Assembly: GCA_964016885.1 (NCBI GenBank)
Contig: OZ024755.1
Location: 38,998,001 to 39,062,000 of the forward strand
From: Eledone cirrhosa
Lineage: Eukaryota
Direction: 5' to 3'
DNA length: 64,000 bases
Each line of letters begins with the position of its first letter. Position 1 is the stretch's first letter. Under the pieces are notes generated by a model. That model was given only the letters and a program-made list of their open reading frames with translations. It made no database searches and was not told where the DNA came from. The position numbers were made by a program, and so were the translations under genes. Of this stretch, positions 37,249 through 49,658 are shown piece after piece.

Positions 37249-38316
37249 TAATATAGGTTAGTTTTATAAATAAATATTGACATACCCTTAAAAAATGCAA
37301 CCATTTTGGTTGGAATCTCCTGGATAGTGGAGTTATTAGATTTATTGTTGGTTTATTATGTGTTGGAAATGTTTAAAAACAATATATTTAAATTAAGCCG
37401 TTGGAATAGGGAAAAGAGAGAAAATACAGAGAGAAAAACGAAAGAAAGAAGGAGAGAAACCTGAGTATATTTTAGTGAGAGAGAATAGCGTAATTCTGAG
37501 AGAAGAGGCGAAGAAATAAATATACCGTAAGATGGATAAACAGTAACAGATACTAATAAAGATGGATAAACAATAATAAAGCTAAGTTGAAGAATTTATC
37601 TAATGTTTAATTAATAAATTTGATTAAATGTTTAATTAATAATTTATCAATTCAATCCGTAGTTTAAATGTTTAAATGTGTATGTTATATTATTAAAGTT
37701 GAGACCTATATATTATTATTAAAGAATATATATTATATATTATTAAAAAAGAAAATGTTATTATTACAAAACCATATATAATTTTATTATTTATTATTAA
37801 TTAATTATTTTAAAACATTTGTAAGTTTAATTTACTAATTTACTATGGGACCTAAAATCAAAGAACACTAACTATTCTTTACTTTGGAATATTATCTCTA
37901 AAGCTCCCCCATTCAATGCTTCTTCTGAAAATTGCGCTCTTTGTATAGAGGAAATATTCTTTATATTAAAAAGTAAAAATTCTGTTAATTTAAGAAGTAA
38001 TCTTTTCAGTTCCTGCAAAGATAGATTGAACTCAACGTTTAAATATATATATAAATTTTAATACATAACTCATCTTTATTAAACCTATCGATAATTCATT
38101 GGATTCCTTCATATGATTACTTATAACTATCTTGAAAGGATTTTTTTCTTGAAAAACTTTTCTTGATAAACGTACTGAAAGATTTGAAGAAAGGTTTTTT
38201 CTGAAAATTCCTATGATGGGTACAAAGAATTCATAATTCATAATTTAAGTTATAATTCATATTTCATATTTTATATTGTATATTTTGTATTTATATATTT
38301 TTTCAAATGCTTGATG

Positions 38317-38369
<53 letters not shown>

Positions 38370-39500
38370 ATGTGTATGTCAAAATGTTTATATATATTTG
38401 AAATTTATACTTTAAATATATTCTACAGATGTACTCTTATGAAAGATTTTTTATGGTTTATGCTTTAGATATATTCCAATGAATGAATTTTAAATGCTAA
38501 CACGTTATAGCAAACAAATTTTTGTTTTTAACAGTCATAACTGTATAACAGGTTGGAGTTATGAATTTATAACTTGATATAGAATAACATAACATTCATA
38601 CTCTAATTACACTATTAAGATGGATAATGAACATTTTTAAACATCTTAACTTTATAACATTTAACTTTATAACATTTAATCCTTAGAGCTATCTAAATTA
38701 TTAATAAATCGCTAGCAATTTCCTTTACGCTCTACTGCTATTACAAATAAGGGATTATTCTTCGGTAAACTCTCAGAAATTCCATGAGCTTAGAAATATT
38801 TGCATATTTTAAACTTACAAATTTTTTAAAATAATTAATTAATAATAAATAATAAAATTATATATGGTTTTGTAATAATAATATTTTTTTTAATAATATA
38901 TATTCTTTAATAATAATATATAGGTCTCAACTTTAGTAATAAAACATACATATTTAAACTACGGATTGAATTGATAAATTATTAATTAAACTTTTAATAA
39001 CATTATTAATTAAACTTTAGATAAATTCTTCAACTTAGCTTTATTATTGTTTATCCATCTTTATTAGTATCTGTTATTGGTTATTATTATTGTTTGTCGA
39101 GGTTAACTTTGCCTTTCATCCTTACGGGGTCGATAAGATAAAGTACCAGTAATGCACTGGGTAATTGCTGGCCTTGTGCCAAACGTAGAAACAATTATTG
39201 TTTATCCATCTTACGGTATTCATCCACGCTATATTTATTTCTTCGCCTCTTCTCTCAAAATTACGCTATTCTCTCTCACTAAAATATACTCAGGTTTCTC
39301 TCCTTCTTTCTTTCGTTTTTCTCTCTTTTCCCTATTCCAACGGCTTAATTTAAATATACTGTTTTTAAACCTTTCCAACACTAATTTGCATAATAAACCA
39401 ACAATAAATCTAATAACTCCACTATCCAGGAGATTCCAACCAGAATGGTTGCATTTTTTAAGGGCATGTCAATATTTATTTATAAAACTAACCTATGTTA

Positions 39501-39566
39501 TATTTTATCTGATGAAAGCGCACCATAGTTTGCTCTGGTGGCCCTTGAAATATGTATAATGAAATA
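39501..39566 (+). ncRNA. Type I hammerhead ribozyme
   Basis: TATTTTAT CTGATGA AAGCGCACCA...TGGTGGCCCTT GAAA TATGTAT A ATGAAATA. Confidence 0.82.
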
Positions 39567-40009
39567 AATATGGTTTTATAAATATAGTTTCCATTTGTTA
39601 ATATATTGTATATTTACTCCAATAATTTGTTGAGTGCTTTATATCAGTTATAAAAGTTTTTTGCTTGTTGTATCCCAACAAATTAAATATAACCTCTACA
39701 TATATATATATGTTATTGTTGTTGTTGTCGTTGTCGTTATTATCATTGTTGTTATTATTATTATTATTATTGTTATGTTTTTTTCTCGTGCAATGGCCAT
39801 ACTCGATAACGAGTATGTATAGTTCTCTGTCTTATATAGAAATGACTTGTACAGGGCTAGAACTGAGGATTACCTACGAATGAAACAGTTCTAGTCTTGT
39901 AGAAGTCATTTCTATATGTATAATATATATATGTAACCTAATGCAAAAAGTATGTACTCTTTCAACGATGTTGTGATATTAATCTACATGGGACCATATT
40001 ATCAGTGGT

Positions 40010-43000
40010 AAGAAACTCTCAGGAGAGCTGGACTACAGAAAGTCCTCAGAGAAGAAACTCTCAGGAGAGCTGGACAGCAGAAGGTCTTCAGAGAAGAAAC
40101 TCTCAGGAGAGCTGGACAGTAGAAGGTCTTCAGAGAAGAAACTCTCAAGAGAGCTGGACTACAGAAGGTCTTCAGAAAAGAAACTCTCAGGAGAGCTGGA
40201 CAGCAGAAGGTCTTCAGAGAAGAAACTCTCAGGAGAGCTGGACTACAGAAAGTCCTCAGAGAAGAAACTCTCAGGAGAGCTGGACAGCAGAAGGTCTTCA
40301 GAGAAGAAACTCTCAGGAGAGCTGGACTACAGAAGGCCTTCAGAGAAGAAACTCTCAGGAGAGCTGGACTACAGAAAGTCTTCAGAGAAGAAACTCTCAG
40401 GAGAGCTGGACTACAGAAGGTCTTCAGAGAACAAACTCTCAGGAGAGCTGGACAGCAGAAGGTCTTCAGAGAAGAAACTCTCAGGAGAGCTGGACAGAAG
40501 AAGGTCTTCAGAGAAGAAACTCTCAGGAGAGCTGGACAGCAGAAGGTCTTCAGAGAAGAAACTCTCAGGAGAGCTGGACAGCAGAAGGTCTTCAGAGAAG
40601 AAACTCTCAGGAGAGCTGGACAGCAGAAGGTCTTCAGAGAAGAAGCTCTCAGGAGAGCTGGGCAGCAGAAGGTCTTCAGAGAAGAAGCTCTCACGAGAGT
40701 TGGACAGCAGAAGGTCTTCAGAGAAGAAACTCTCAAGAGAGCTGGACTACAGAAGGTCTTCAGAGAAGAAACTCTCAAGAGAGCTGGACTACAGAAAGTC
40801 CTCAGAGAAGAAACTCTCAGGAGAGCTGGACAGAAGAAGGTCTTCAGAGAAGAAACTCTCAGGAGAGCTGGACTACAGAGTGTCCTCAGAGAAGAAACTC
40901 TCAGGAGAGTTGGACAGCAGAAGGTCTTCAGAGAAGAAACTCTCAAGAGAGCTGGACTACAGAAGGTCTTCAGAGAAGAAACTCTCAAGAGAGCTGGACT
41001 ACAGAAAGTCCTCAGAGAAGAAACTCTCAGGAGAGCTGGACAGCAGAAGGTCTTCAGAGAAGAAACTCTCAGGAGATCTGGACTACAGAAGGTCTTCAGA
41101 GAAGAAACTCTCAGGAGATCTGGACTACAGAAGGTCTTCAGAGAAGAAACTCTCAGGAGAGCTGGACAGCAGAAGGTCTTCAGAGAAGAAACTCTCAGGA
41201 GAGCTGGACAGCAGAAGGTCTTCAGAGAAGAAACTATCAGGAGAGCTGGACTACAGAAGGTCTTCAGAGAAGAAACTCTCAGGAGAGCTGGACAGCAGAA
41301 GGTCTTCAGAGAAGAAACTCTCAGGAGAGCTGGACAGCAGAAGGTCTTCAGAGAAGAAACTCTCAGGAGAGCTGGACTACAGAAGGTCTTCAGAGAAGAA
41401 ACTCTCAGGAGAGCTGGACAGCAGAAGGTCTTCAGAGAAGAAACTCTCAGGAGAGCTGGACAGCAGAAGGTCTTCAGAGAAGAAACTCTCAGGAGAGCTG
41501 GACAGCAGAAGGTCTTCAGAGAAGAAACTCTCAAGGAGCTGGACTACAGAAGGTCTTCAGAGAAGAAGCTCTCAGGAGAGCTGGACAGCAGAAGGTCTTC
41601 AGAGAAGAAACTCTCACGAGAGCTGGACAGCAGAAGGCCTTCAGAGAAGAAACTGTCAGGAGAGCTGGACAGCAGAAGGTCTTCAGAGAAGAAACTCTCA
41701 GGAGAGCTGGACTACAGAAGGTCTTCAGAGAAGAAACTCTCAAGAGAGCTGGACAGCAGAAGGTCTTCAGAGAAGAAACTATCAGGAGAGCTGGACTACA
41801 GAAGGTCTTCAGAGAAGAAACTCTCAAGAGAGCTGGACAGCAGAAGGTCTTCAGAGAAGAAACTCTCAGGAGAGCTGGACAGCAGAAGGTGTTCAGAGAA
41901 GAAACTCTCAGGAGAGCTGGACTACAGAAGGTCTTCAGAGAAGAAACTCTCAGGAGAGCTGGACTACAGAAGGTCTTCAGAGAAGAAACTGTCAGGAGAG
42001 CTGGACAGCAGAAGGTCTTCAGAGAAGAAACTCTCAGGAGAGCTGGACTACAGAAGGTCTTCAGAGAAGAAACTCTCAAGAGAGCTGGACAGCAGAAGGT
42101 CTTCAGAGAAGAAACTCTCAGGAGAGCTGGACTACAGAAGGTCTTCAGAGAAGAAACTCTCAAGAGAGCTGGACTACAGAAGGTCTTCAGAGAAGAAACT
42201 CTCAAGAGAGCTGGACTACAGAAGGTCTTCAGAGAAGAAACTCTCAGGAGAGCTGGACTACAGAAGGTCTTCAGAGAAGAAACTCTCAGGAGAGCTGGAC
42301 TACAGAAGGTCTTCAGAGAAGAAACTCTCAAGAGAGCTGGACTACAGAAGGTCTTCAGAGAAGAAACTCTCAAGAGAGCTGGACTACAGAAGGTCTTCAG
42401 AGAAGAAACTCTCAGGAGAGCTGGACAGCAGAAGGTCTTCAGAGAAGAAACTCTCAGGAGAGCTGGACTACAGAAGGTCTTCAGAGAAGAAACTCTCAGG
42501 AGAGCTGGACTACAGAAGGTCTTCAGAGAAGAAACTGTCAGGAGAGCTAGACAGCAGAAGGTCTTCAGAGAAGAAACTCTCAGGAGAGCTGGACTACAGA
42601 AGGTCTTCAGAGAAGAAACTCTCAAGAGAGCTGGACAGCAGAAGGTCTTCAGAGAAGAAACTCTCAAGAGAGCTGGACAGCAGAAGGTCTTCAGAGAAGA
42701 AACTCTCAGGAGAGCTGGACTACAGAAGGTCTTCAGAGAAGAAACTCTCAAGAGAGCTGGACTACAGAAGGTCTTCAGAGAAGAAACTCTCAAGAGAGCT
42801 GGACTACAGAAGGTCTTCAGAGAAGAAACTCTCAGGAGAGCTGGACTACAGAAGGTCTTCAGAGAAGAAACTCTCAAGAGAGCTGGACTACAGAAGGTCT
42901 TCAGAGAAGAAACTCTCAAGAGAGCTGGACTACAGAAGGTCTTCAGAGAAGAAACTCTCAAGAGAGCTGGACTACAGAAGGTCTTCAGAGAAGAAACTCT

Positions 43001-43095
43001 CAGGAGAGCTGGACAGCAGAAGGTCTTCAGAGAAGAAACTCTCAGGAGAGCTGGACTACAGAAGGTCTTCAGAGAAGAAACTCTCAGGAGAGCTG
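40010..43095. repeat. 42-bp minisatellite, ~73 copies
   Basis: Unit GAGAAGAAACTCTCAGGAGAGCTGGAC(TA/AG)CAGAAGGTCTTCA; one 2-bp deletion near 41533; explains the 1042/616/530/510-aa ORFs. Confidence 0.97.
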
Positions 43096-43204
43096 AACCC
43101 TCAAGCGAGTGTTTAACTTCCAATATGAAGTAACTTAATACAATTGATAAAATGAGGAACAGTTTTAGTTTGACATGCTAGTGTTCAGCAGTGATTATGT
43201 TATG

Positions 43205-43525
43205 CTGAGTGTATAACATTTCATACTGCGTGTATATAATTCCGAGTGCTGGTGTTCAACACTGCGTATATGTCATACTGAGTATATATAATTTCATGCT
43301 GAATGTATATAATTTCATGCTGAATGTATATAAATCCATACTCAGTATATATAATTTCATACTGAGTGTATATAATTTCATACTGAGTGTATATATCTTC
43401 ATGATCAGTGTATATAATTCCATACTGAGTGTATATAACTTCATATTGAGTGTATATAACTTCATAGTAAGTGTATATAACTTCGTCTGAGTATATATAA
43501 TTTCATCTGAGTGTATATAATTTGG
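43205..43525. repeat. 21-bp minisatellite (diverged)
   Basis: Unit ATACTGAGTGTATATAATTTC. Confidence 0.9.
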
Positions 43526-43601
43526 CAACTACTAAATTGATAATATAAAATTAAATATTTTTTATTTATGTATTTAATCAATTTAACCGTTTTTATAGAT
43601 G

Positions 43602-44400
43602 TGGTATTCCACGTGACACTGGGAGATGTAGCTAGTACCCCTTATATATAGCTGGTATGTCATGACAGACTAGGAAAAGTATCTAGTACCCCTTATATAT
43701 AACTGGTATTCCATGTGAGACGGGGAGAGGTAGCTAGTACTCCTTACATATAGCTGGTATGACATGGCAGACTAGGAAAAGTATCCATAACCCCTTATAT
43801 ATAACTGGTATGTCATGTCAGACTAGGGGAGATATCTAACCCCTTATATATAACTGGTATGCCATGACAGACTGAGAGAGGTAGCTAGTACCCCTTATAT
43901 ATAACTGGTATATCATGACAGGGTGTGAGAGGTAACTAGTACCCCTTATATATAACTGGTATGTCATGACAGACTGGGAGAGGTAGCTAGTACCCCTTAT
44001 ATATAACTGCTATGTCATGACAGGGTGTGAGAGGTAGCTAGTACCCCTTATATATAACTGGTATGTCATAACAGACTGGGAGAGGTAGCTAGTACCCCAT
44101 ATATATGACTGGTATGCCATGACAGACTGGGAGAGGCAGCTAGTACCCCATATATATGACTGGTATGCCATGACAGACTGGGAATGGTAGCTAGCCCCCC
44201 TTATATATAACTGGTATGCCATGACAGACTGGGAGAGGTAGCTAGTATCATATATATGACTGGTATGCCATGACAGACTGGGAGAGGTAGCTAGTATCCC
44301 GTATATATGACTGGTATGCCATGACAGACTGGGAATGGTAGCTAATACCCCATATATATGACTGGTATGCCATGACAGACTGGGAGATGTAGCTAGTACG
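43602..44400. repeat. 51-bp minisatellite (~15-16 copies)
   Basis: Unit GACTGGGAGAGGTAGCTAGTACCCCTTATATATAACTGGTATGTCATGACA. Confidence 0.92.
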
Positions 44401-44629
44401 ACTTATAATCAAGAAACAAAAACAAAACAGAAAGAGACAAATATCAGAAGCAAAAGAAGCGACAAAAAGAAAGAAACGGTGAAAAGTTGGACAACTGATA
44501 CAGGAATGAAATATTTCTATTGTTGAATCATTTCATAGCCTCCATGTATTGGTAGATCCTTGGCAATGTATTACACATTCAATGTTGGTAGGTTTTTTAA
44601 AGAACAGTTTCAAGATATTCTATCTTGTG

Positions 44630-44770
44630 AAGGAGCATGGCTTAGTGGTTAGAGCATTGGGCTTGCAATCGAAAGGTTGTGAGTTCAATCCTCGGACCGG
44701 GTGATGCGTTGTTTCTTTGAGAAAGACACTTTATTTCACGTTGCTCTAGTTTACTCAGCTGTAGAAATAA
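44630..44770 (+). mobile_element. tRNA-derived SINE family B
   Basis: GCATGGCTTAGTGGTTAGAGC (A box), GAGTTCAATCC (B box), central TTGAGAAAGACACTT; homolog at 55836-55980 and inverted at ~50320-50410. Confidence 0.8.
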
Positions 44771-44777
44771 GATGGTA

Positions 44778-45085
44778 GGACTGGGGTCCCTAACATTAAA
44801 TTACCCAAGACACCTCCAACGAGATATACCTTAGATGAGGCCAGTTAAACCTGCATAGGTGTGAGCTGTCACACACGTGATGATTGGACTGGGGTCCCTA
44901 TCAATAAATTACCCAAGACCCTCCAACAAGATATACCTTGGATGAGGCCAGTTAAACCTGCATAGGTGTGAGCTGTCACACACGTGATGATTGGACTGGG
45001 GTCCCTATCAATAAATTACCCAAGACCCTCCAACAAGATATACCTTGGATGAGGCCAGTTAAACCTGCATAGGTGTGAGCTCTCA
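44778..45085. repeat. ~107-bp tandem repeat x3
   Basis: GGACTGGGGTCCCT at 44778, 44886, 44993. Confidence 0.9.
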
Positions 45086-45394
45086 AACACATATCTCTTA
45101 GACTGAGAGTTTTTATATTGGAATAAATAGGAGAATAGAGTTTCTTTATTGTCGTCATCAGAACAAAGAGGTGATTGTACACGACTTGTTCTAGATAAAA
45201 TATGGTCATATAGTGTATATATATACTAGACATCTCCTCTCTCTCTCTATTTTATATATATATATGTATATATAATCTGAGTTTTTCGAATATTAATAAT
45301 ATTCGATTCGTTTGCAATTATGCAAGCAGCCTCTTTTCAGCCATGTCAGTAGAATGAACCCCTCATTCTCGCTCTTGTGTTGGCATGTAAACAG

Positions 45395-45443
45395 AACTGC
45401 AGACACTAATGTTTCTGGGTGATTACCCTTCATCAGTGCAGTT
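45395..45443 (-). ncRNA. Compact type I hammerhead ribozyme with GUC cleavage site
   Basis: Minus strand: AACTGCA CTGATGA AGGGTAATCACCCA GAAA CATTAGTG TC TGCAGTT; 7-bp stem I, GGGT/ACCC stem II, ACA/TGT stem III. Confidence 0.85.
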
Positions 45444-45541
45444 TACTGCTTACCTGTCAACTGTCAGAGCTAGTGAAAATATATGATATTTTCTGAAATA
45501 TACAGTCACTGATCGGCCTGATTTGCATATTAGCAGACTGG

Positions 45542-45596
<55 letters not shown>

Positions 45597-45833
45597 ATAA
45601 TTTGGGATAATTTATTATAAATTTCCGGCTGGCTGGTTGGTTGGTTCGATAACCGGAAAGTTGTTTATATATTGTCAAAGCTCTTTCGCCACTCATTCTG
45701 TGACCTCCTCAATGACTAGGTTTTTATTTTATGTGTCTCTCCTTTGTTCTGTCCTACACCATCTTGTCTTTGTGTGTATATAATAAATAAGAGAGACGAT
45801 TATATTTGTACATCTTCATTTTATTACATTATT

Positions 45834-46050
45834 CTATTATGCGTATTTCAAAGATGTCAGAGTGGTTATATAATATATCCCTGGCGTGTTTTCATCAGAT
45901 AGTGTAAGATGTATTTTCATATGTGTACTTGTCAGCGATGTAAACACTATGGGGAACCAGTAACAAAGATAAATAGGAAAATACATCTTACACTATCTGA
46001 TGAAAACATTCCAGGGGTTATGATATTTATTGAAATACATATCATGAAGT
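45834..46050. ncRNA. Inverted pair of diverged hammerhead motifs (45834-45902 minus; ~45990-46050 plus)
   Basis: ACATCTTACACTAT CTGATGA AAACA...GAAA TACGCAT A and ...GAAA TACATAT C. Confidence 0.65.
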
Positions 46051-46179
46051 ACGAATAAAACCGTTTCCCTAATTTATTATATTGCAACTCCGGTTGATAC
46101 CTTACCGAGAATATCCTGAGGAATACAAATCGTCGAGTACTTTACGTCTGTTTACGGATCAACCAACTTTCATCAACTG

Positions 46180-46221
<42 letters not shown>

Positions 46222-46274
46222 GAGCTTCTACAGGACTAGAACTGTTTCATTCATGAGAAATCATCAGGAAGCTC
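46222..46274 (-). ncRNA. Type I hammerhead ribozyme in the inverted pLTR
   Basis: Minus strand: GAGCTTC CTGATGA TTTCTCATGAAT GAAA CAGTTCTAGTCCTG TA GAAGCTC. Confidence 0.82.
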
Positions 46275-46435
46275 CAACACACCATTCCAGGTCTACTTAA
46301 ATACTGAAATCCTGAATATAAAAAATTCCGCCAATCTCCTCCGATAAAACCAAAAAGGTTTATGAGGTAGACCCATAGACCTATAATAAGCTGGCAAAAA
46401 ATGCCATCACGACCACCTACAAAAAGGTAAATGAG

Positions 46436-47659
46436 ATGGCATTGACTGAGACAAATACGGCCGGAAAAGAAATCGCCAAGTCCCTTAAAATACACGACCG
46501 AACGGAACCTTTAAGACTAAAGAAACCGCACTTTAGCCTGAAGGACCACAAGGGAAACTTCCTCAACAAACCATCAGTCAGACTTATCAACCCCACGCGT
46601 TCGGACATCGGCTCTATCAGTAAACAGATCCTCGATAGAGTTCTACCATCATTGCGGGCTGCCTCACCACTCCCACTCTGGAGCAGAACATCTGAGGCAA
46701 TATCTTGGTTCCAAGAACTGCCCGACAAACGCCACACTTGCTTCCTGCAACTCGAGATAGAAGACAACTATGCTTCTATCTCAGAGCCCCTCCTGAAGGA
46801 CGCACTTACTTTTGCCACGGATTTTACCACCATAACCGACTGTAAGCAAGACGTAATCTTCCATGCCCGTAAGACCTTCCTACACCACGACCAATCTTAC
46901 TGGATCAACAAGAAGTCTCAGACGCCCTTTGACGTCAGCATGGGAGCGAGTAATTCGGCTGAAATAAGCGACCTCGAGAGCCTGTACATTTTACATCACC
47001 TGAAGATCCTCTTTACTGGCCTCACTGGAGGTTTATACCGAGACGACGGCCTCTTCGCCTTGCACAAGGTTAACCCCAGAACCACTGATGGGTTTCGGAG
47101 AAACTTAAGCTCGTTCTTCTGTAATCTAGGATTTAGTATAACTATAGAATCTAATATGACTAGGGCCAACTTTTTAGATGTCACTCTCGACCTAAATATT
47201 TCCCTCTATTACACGTACCACAAACCTAACGAGTCCCTTAGATATATTAATGTTAATTCTAACCACCCCAAAAACATCACTGATAACTTAGTAAAAAGCG
47301 TCTCAATTAGAATCTCCGGCCTCTCGGCCAATGAAGATATATTTAGCGCCTCCGCCTCCTACTACAATGGCGCCCTCGCCCGCAACGGATTTAAAGAAAA
47401 GATAACCTACCTAGAAACCACCGCGAGGCTACATAGAGGGAATAGGCATAGTCAGATTAGTTGGTACAACTCCGGCCCCTTCAATAGAGAGGTCTCTACA
47501 CCTATAGCTAGGACTTTCTTCACTTTGCTGAACACACACTTCCCCATACAACATAGGTACTACACCATCTTCAATAAGAACACAATAAGACTCTCCTACT
47601 CCACTACACCTAACCTAGCTAGGAATATAGCCAATCTCAATTCTAAAATAATTATATAA
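46436..47659 (+). pseudogene. Penelope-type reverse transcriptase (truncated or decayed)
   Basis: KDHKGNFLNKPSVRLINP; FDVSMGASNSAEISDL; GLYRDDGL; NFLDVTLDL; YINVNSNHP. Confidence 0.9.
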
Positions 47660-47689
47660 GCCAACCACCTCCGAACACAATCCCCGGAC

Positions 47690-48115
47690 TGAGGCCTTAT
47701 GCAACTGCTTAAATAAGGAAGCCTGCCCACTCGAAATTAAATGCCTGACATCGTATACAAATGTGATGTCATCTCAGGCATTGATGATAGCAACAACAGA
47801 AAGACTTACATCGGCATGTCTTCCAATAATTTTAAGACCCGGTGGTATGCCCATACCCACTCTTTCAGAAGACCGGACAAATCAAATCAGACAACACTCG
47901 CCTCCTATGTTTGGGACCACAAAAGGAATTCCACCCCCTTCACGCTTAAATGGAAAATACTCCAGAAAGCGCGCTCATACAAGGTAGGACACAAGTGCTG
48001 CGACCTTTGTATCTCAGAAGCTACGAAATATTGTTTGCCAGGGGCCCGCTACTGAACAAACTCTCTGAACACTGCCCGAATTGCATGCACGAAAACTTTG
48101 CAACTTTCAAATATC
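47690..48115 (+). pseudogene. Zn-binding linker + GIY-YIG endonuclease (frameshifted)
   Basis: CNCLNKEACPLEIKC; IVYKC...TYIGMSSNNFKTRWYAHTHSF; KCCDLCISE; LNK...CMH. Confidence 0.9.
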
Positions 48116-48289
48116 TTAAGCCAGGGTTAATGCCAGATGGCTCAAAAAAGTCCTCCCCTTTTAAAAAAAAAAACACTCAACAAAATACCGCCACCACCTT
48201 CTTCCCACCTTACCCCTACTCCCTCTCGACACGGCACTATGGTCATGTAAGTACTTCTTACCTAACTGCTCTTTCCGCATGTAGAGCTG

Positions 48290-48443
48290 TGCATATATGT
48301 GTCTGTGTATTTATGAGTGTATGTGTGGCCGTACGTATGTATGCGTATGTTTGTGTGTACGTGCGTTTATATGTATAGGCGTATATGTGTATGTATATAT
48401 ATGTGTGTATACATATGTATATATTTTTGTGTGCATATATGTG

Positions 48444-48490
<47 letters not shown>

Positions 48491-49215
48491 ACGTATGTAT
48501 TTATATATAAACATATATATATATGTTTTTATTTATATATATATGAGTGTATATTTTTATGTATATATGTTTATATATATATATGTATGTTTGTGTGTGT
48601 GAGTTTGTATATGTGTGTATATATATATATATACACACACACGCATATATATATATATGTATGTATGTGTGTATATGTATGTATCTGTATATATTTGGAT
48701 ATATGTGTGTGTATTTGTGTATTTACTTATATATTTTTATATATGTATGTGTGTATGTATGCGTGTATTTGTATGTATATATATATATAAATATATATAT
48801 GTATGTGTATATATATATGTATATATGTGTATATGCAAGTTTTTGTATGTATGTGTGTATGTTCGTGTGTATATATATGTGTATATATAAGTATGTATGT
48901 GTGTACTTGTGTATATATGTATGTATAGGTGTACGTATGAATATTTATATCTGTGTGTGTGCGTGTGTATGCATGAGAACGTGTGTGTCTGTGAGCGTGT
49001 ATATATATATATATATTATATATATATATATATATATTTATGTATGTATATATATATATATATGTATATATGTATGCGTATGTATGTACACATATATGTA
49101 TGTGTGTATGTATATATTTGTATATATGTATGTGTGTGTGTACCATTATGTATGTTTGTTGTGTTGTGTATGTGCCTGCTTGTGTGTGCGTGCGTGTAAG
49201 TGTGTGTACGTGTGA
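48290..49215. repeat. (TA/TG)n low-complexity tract inside the PLE 3' region
   Basis: Mixed TATG/TGTG/TATA repeats; source of spurious Y/V/C/M-rich ORFs. Confidence 0.95.
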
Positions 49216-49607
49216 ATGTGCTTGACATCTGAAATATATATTAAGTGAAACTACACAATAAGGAGTCTCCCTCCAACACTTGAATATGTTGAAGGAACCC
49301 TTTCGGCCTTTGTCACCCTTATTTCAGCCTTAAAGAATGTCCCCTTTCTTTAAACCAATGAACTCCACCCATTTTGTAGACACCTGTCTTACAGGCATTG
49401 TTAGTCTAAGTGATAAACAAGGATTGGTATTCCAATTTTCAATTTGTTCTTTCTGACTTTGTTAATATTATAGCTTTAAAGGATTAGCTTTTAATGAACC
49501 CATTTTCTTTAAATCCTTCAAACAATGACCTCCACCCATCCCAATCTCCACCCTCTCCTACCACCAGATAAGGAAAGATATAAATACTATCATTTACTTG
49601 GACAGCC

Positions 49608-49658
49608 AGCTTCCTGCTGATTTCTCACGAATGAAATAGTTCTAGTCCTGTAGAAGCT
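49608..49658 (+). ncRNA. Hammerhead in the 3' pLTR with a core mutation (CTGCTGA)
   Basis: AGCTTC CTGCTGA TTTCTCACGAAT GAAA TAGTTCTAGTCCTG TA GAAGCT. Confidence 0.7.

Larger units (their letters stand above)
37145..39700 (+). mobile_element. 5'-truncated Penelope-like element with a ~690-bp inverted 5' pLTR
   Basis: 37145-37830 is inverted relative to 38809-39605; core encodes GIY-YIG C-terminus LWDLKSKNTNYSLLWNIISKAPPFNASSENCALCIEE (~37843-38030); a hammerhead in each arm. Confidence 0.8.

Noticed and set aside
40010-43095. 42-bp unit as a tandem hammerhead (CTGAAGA present)
   Set aside because: CTGAAGA is on the minus strand while GAAA is on the plus strand; neither strand has a complete core
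40002-43133. 1042-, 616-, 530- and 510-aa ORFs as real genes
   Set aside because: They are translations of a 42-bp tandem repeat with non-ATG starts, overlap in several frames, and change frame at a mid-array deletion
44630-44700. Functional tRNA genes at SINE heads
   Set aside because: A/B boxes are present but run into dispersed SINE bodies with no complete cloverleaf or terminator
44830-45075. GGATGAGGCCAGTTAAACCTGCATAGGT in the 107-bp repeat as a tandem retrozyme
   Set aside because: Both core halves deviate (no CTGA, no GAAA) and the cleavage position would be G
47640-47700. Selenocysteine read-through between the PLE RT and GIY-YIG
   Set aside because: The RT frame ends in TAA and the Cys linker is in another frame, so ordinary decay explains it
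48297-49228. Y/V/C/M-rich or H/T/I-rich ORFs (also 27723-30863, 61008-61322, 63666-63944)
   Set aside because: Translations of microsatellite or low-complexity DNA
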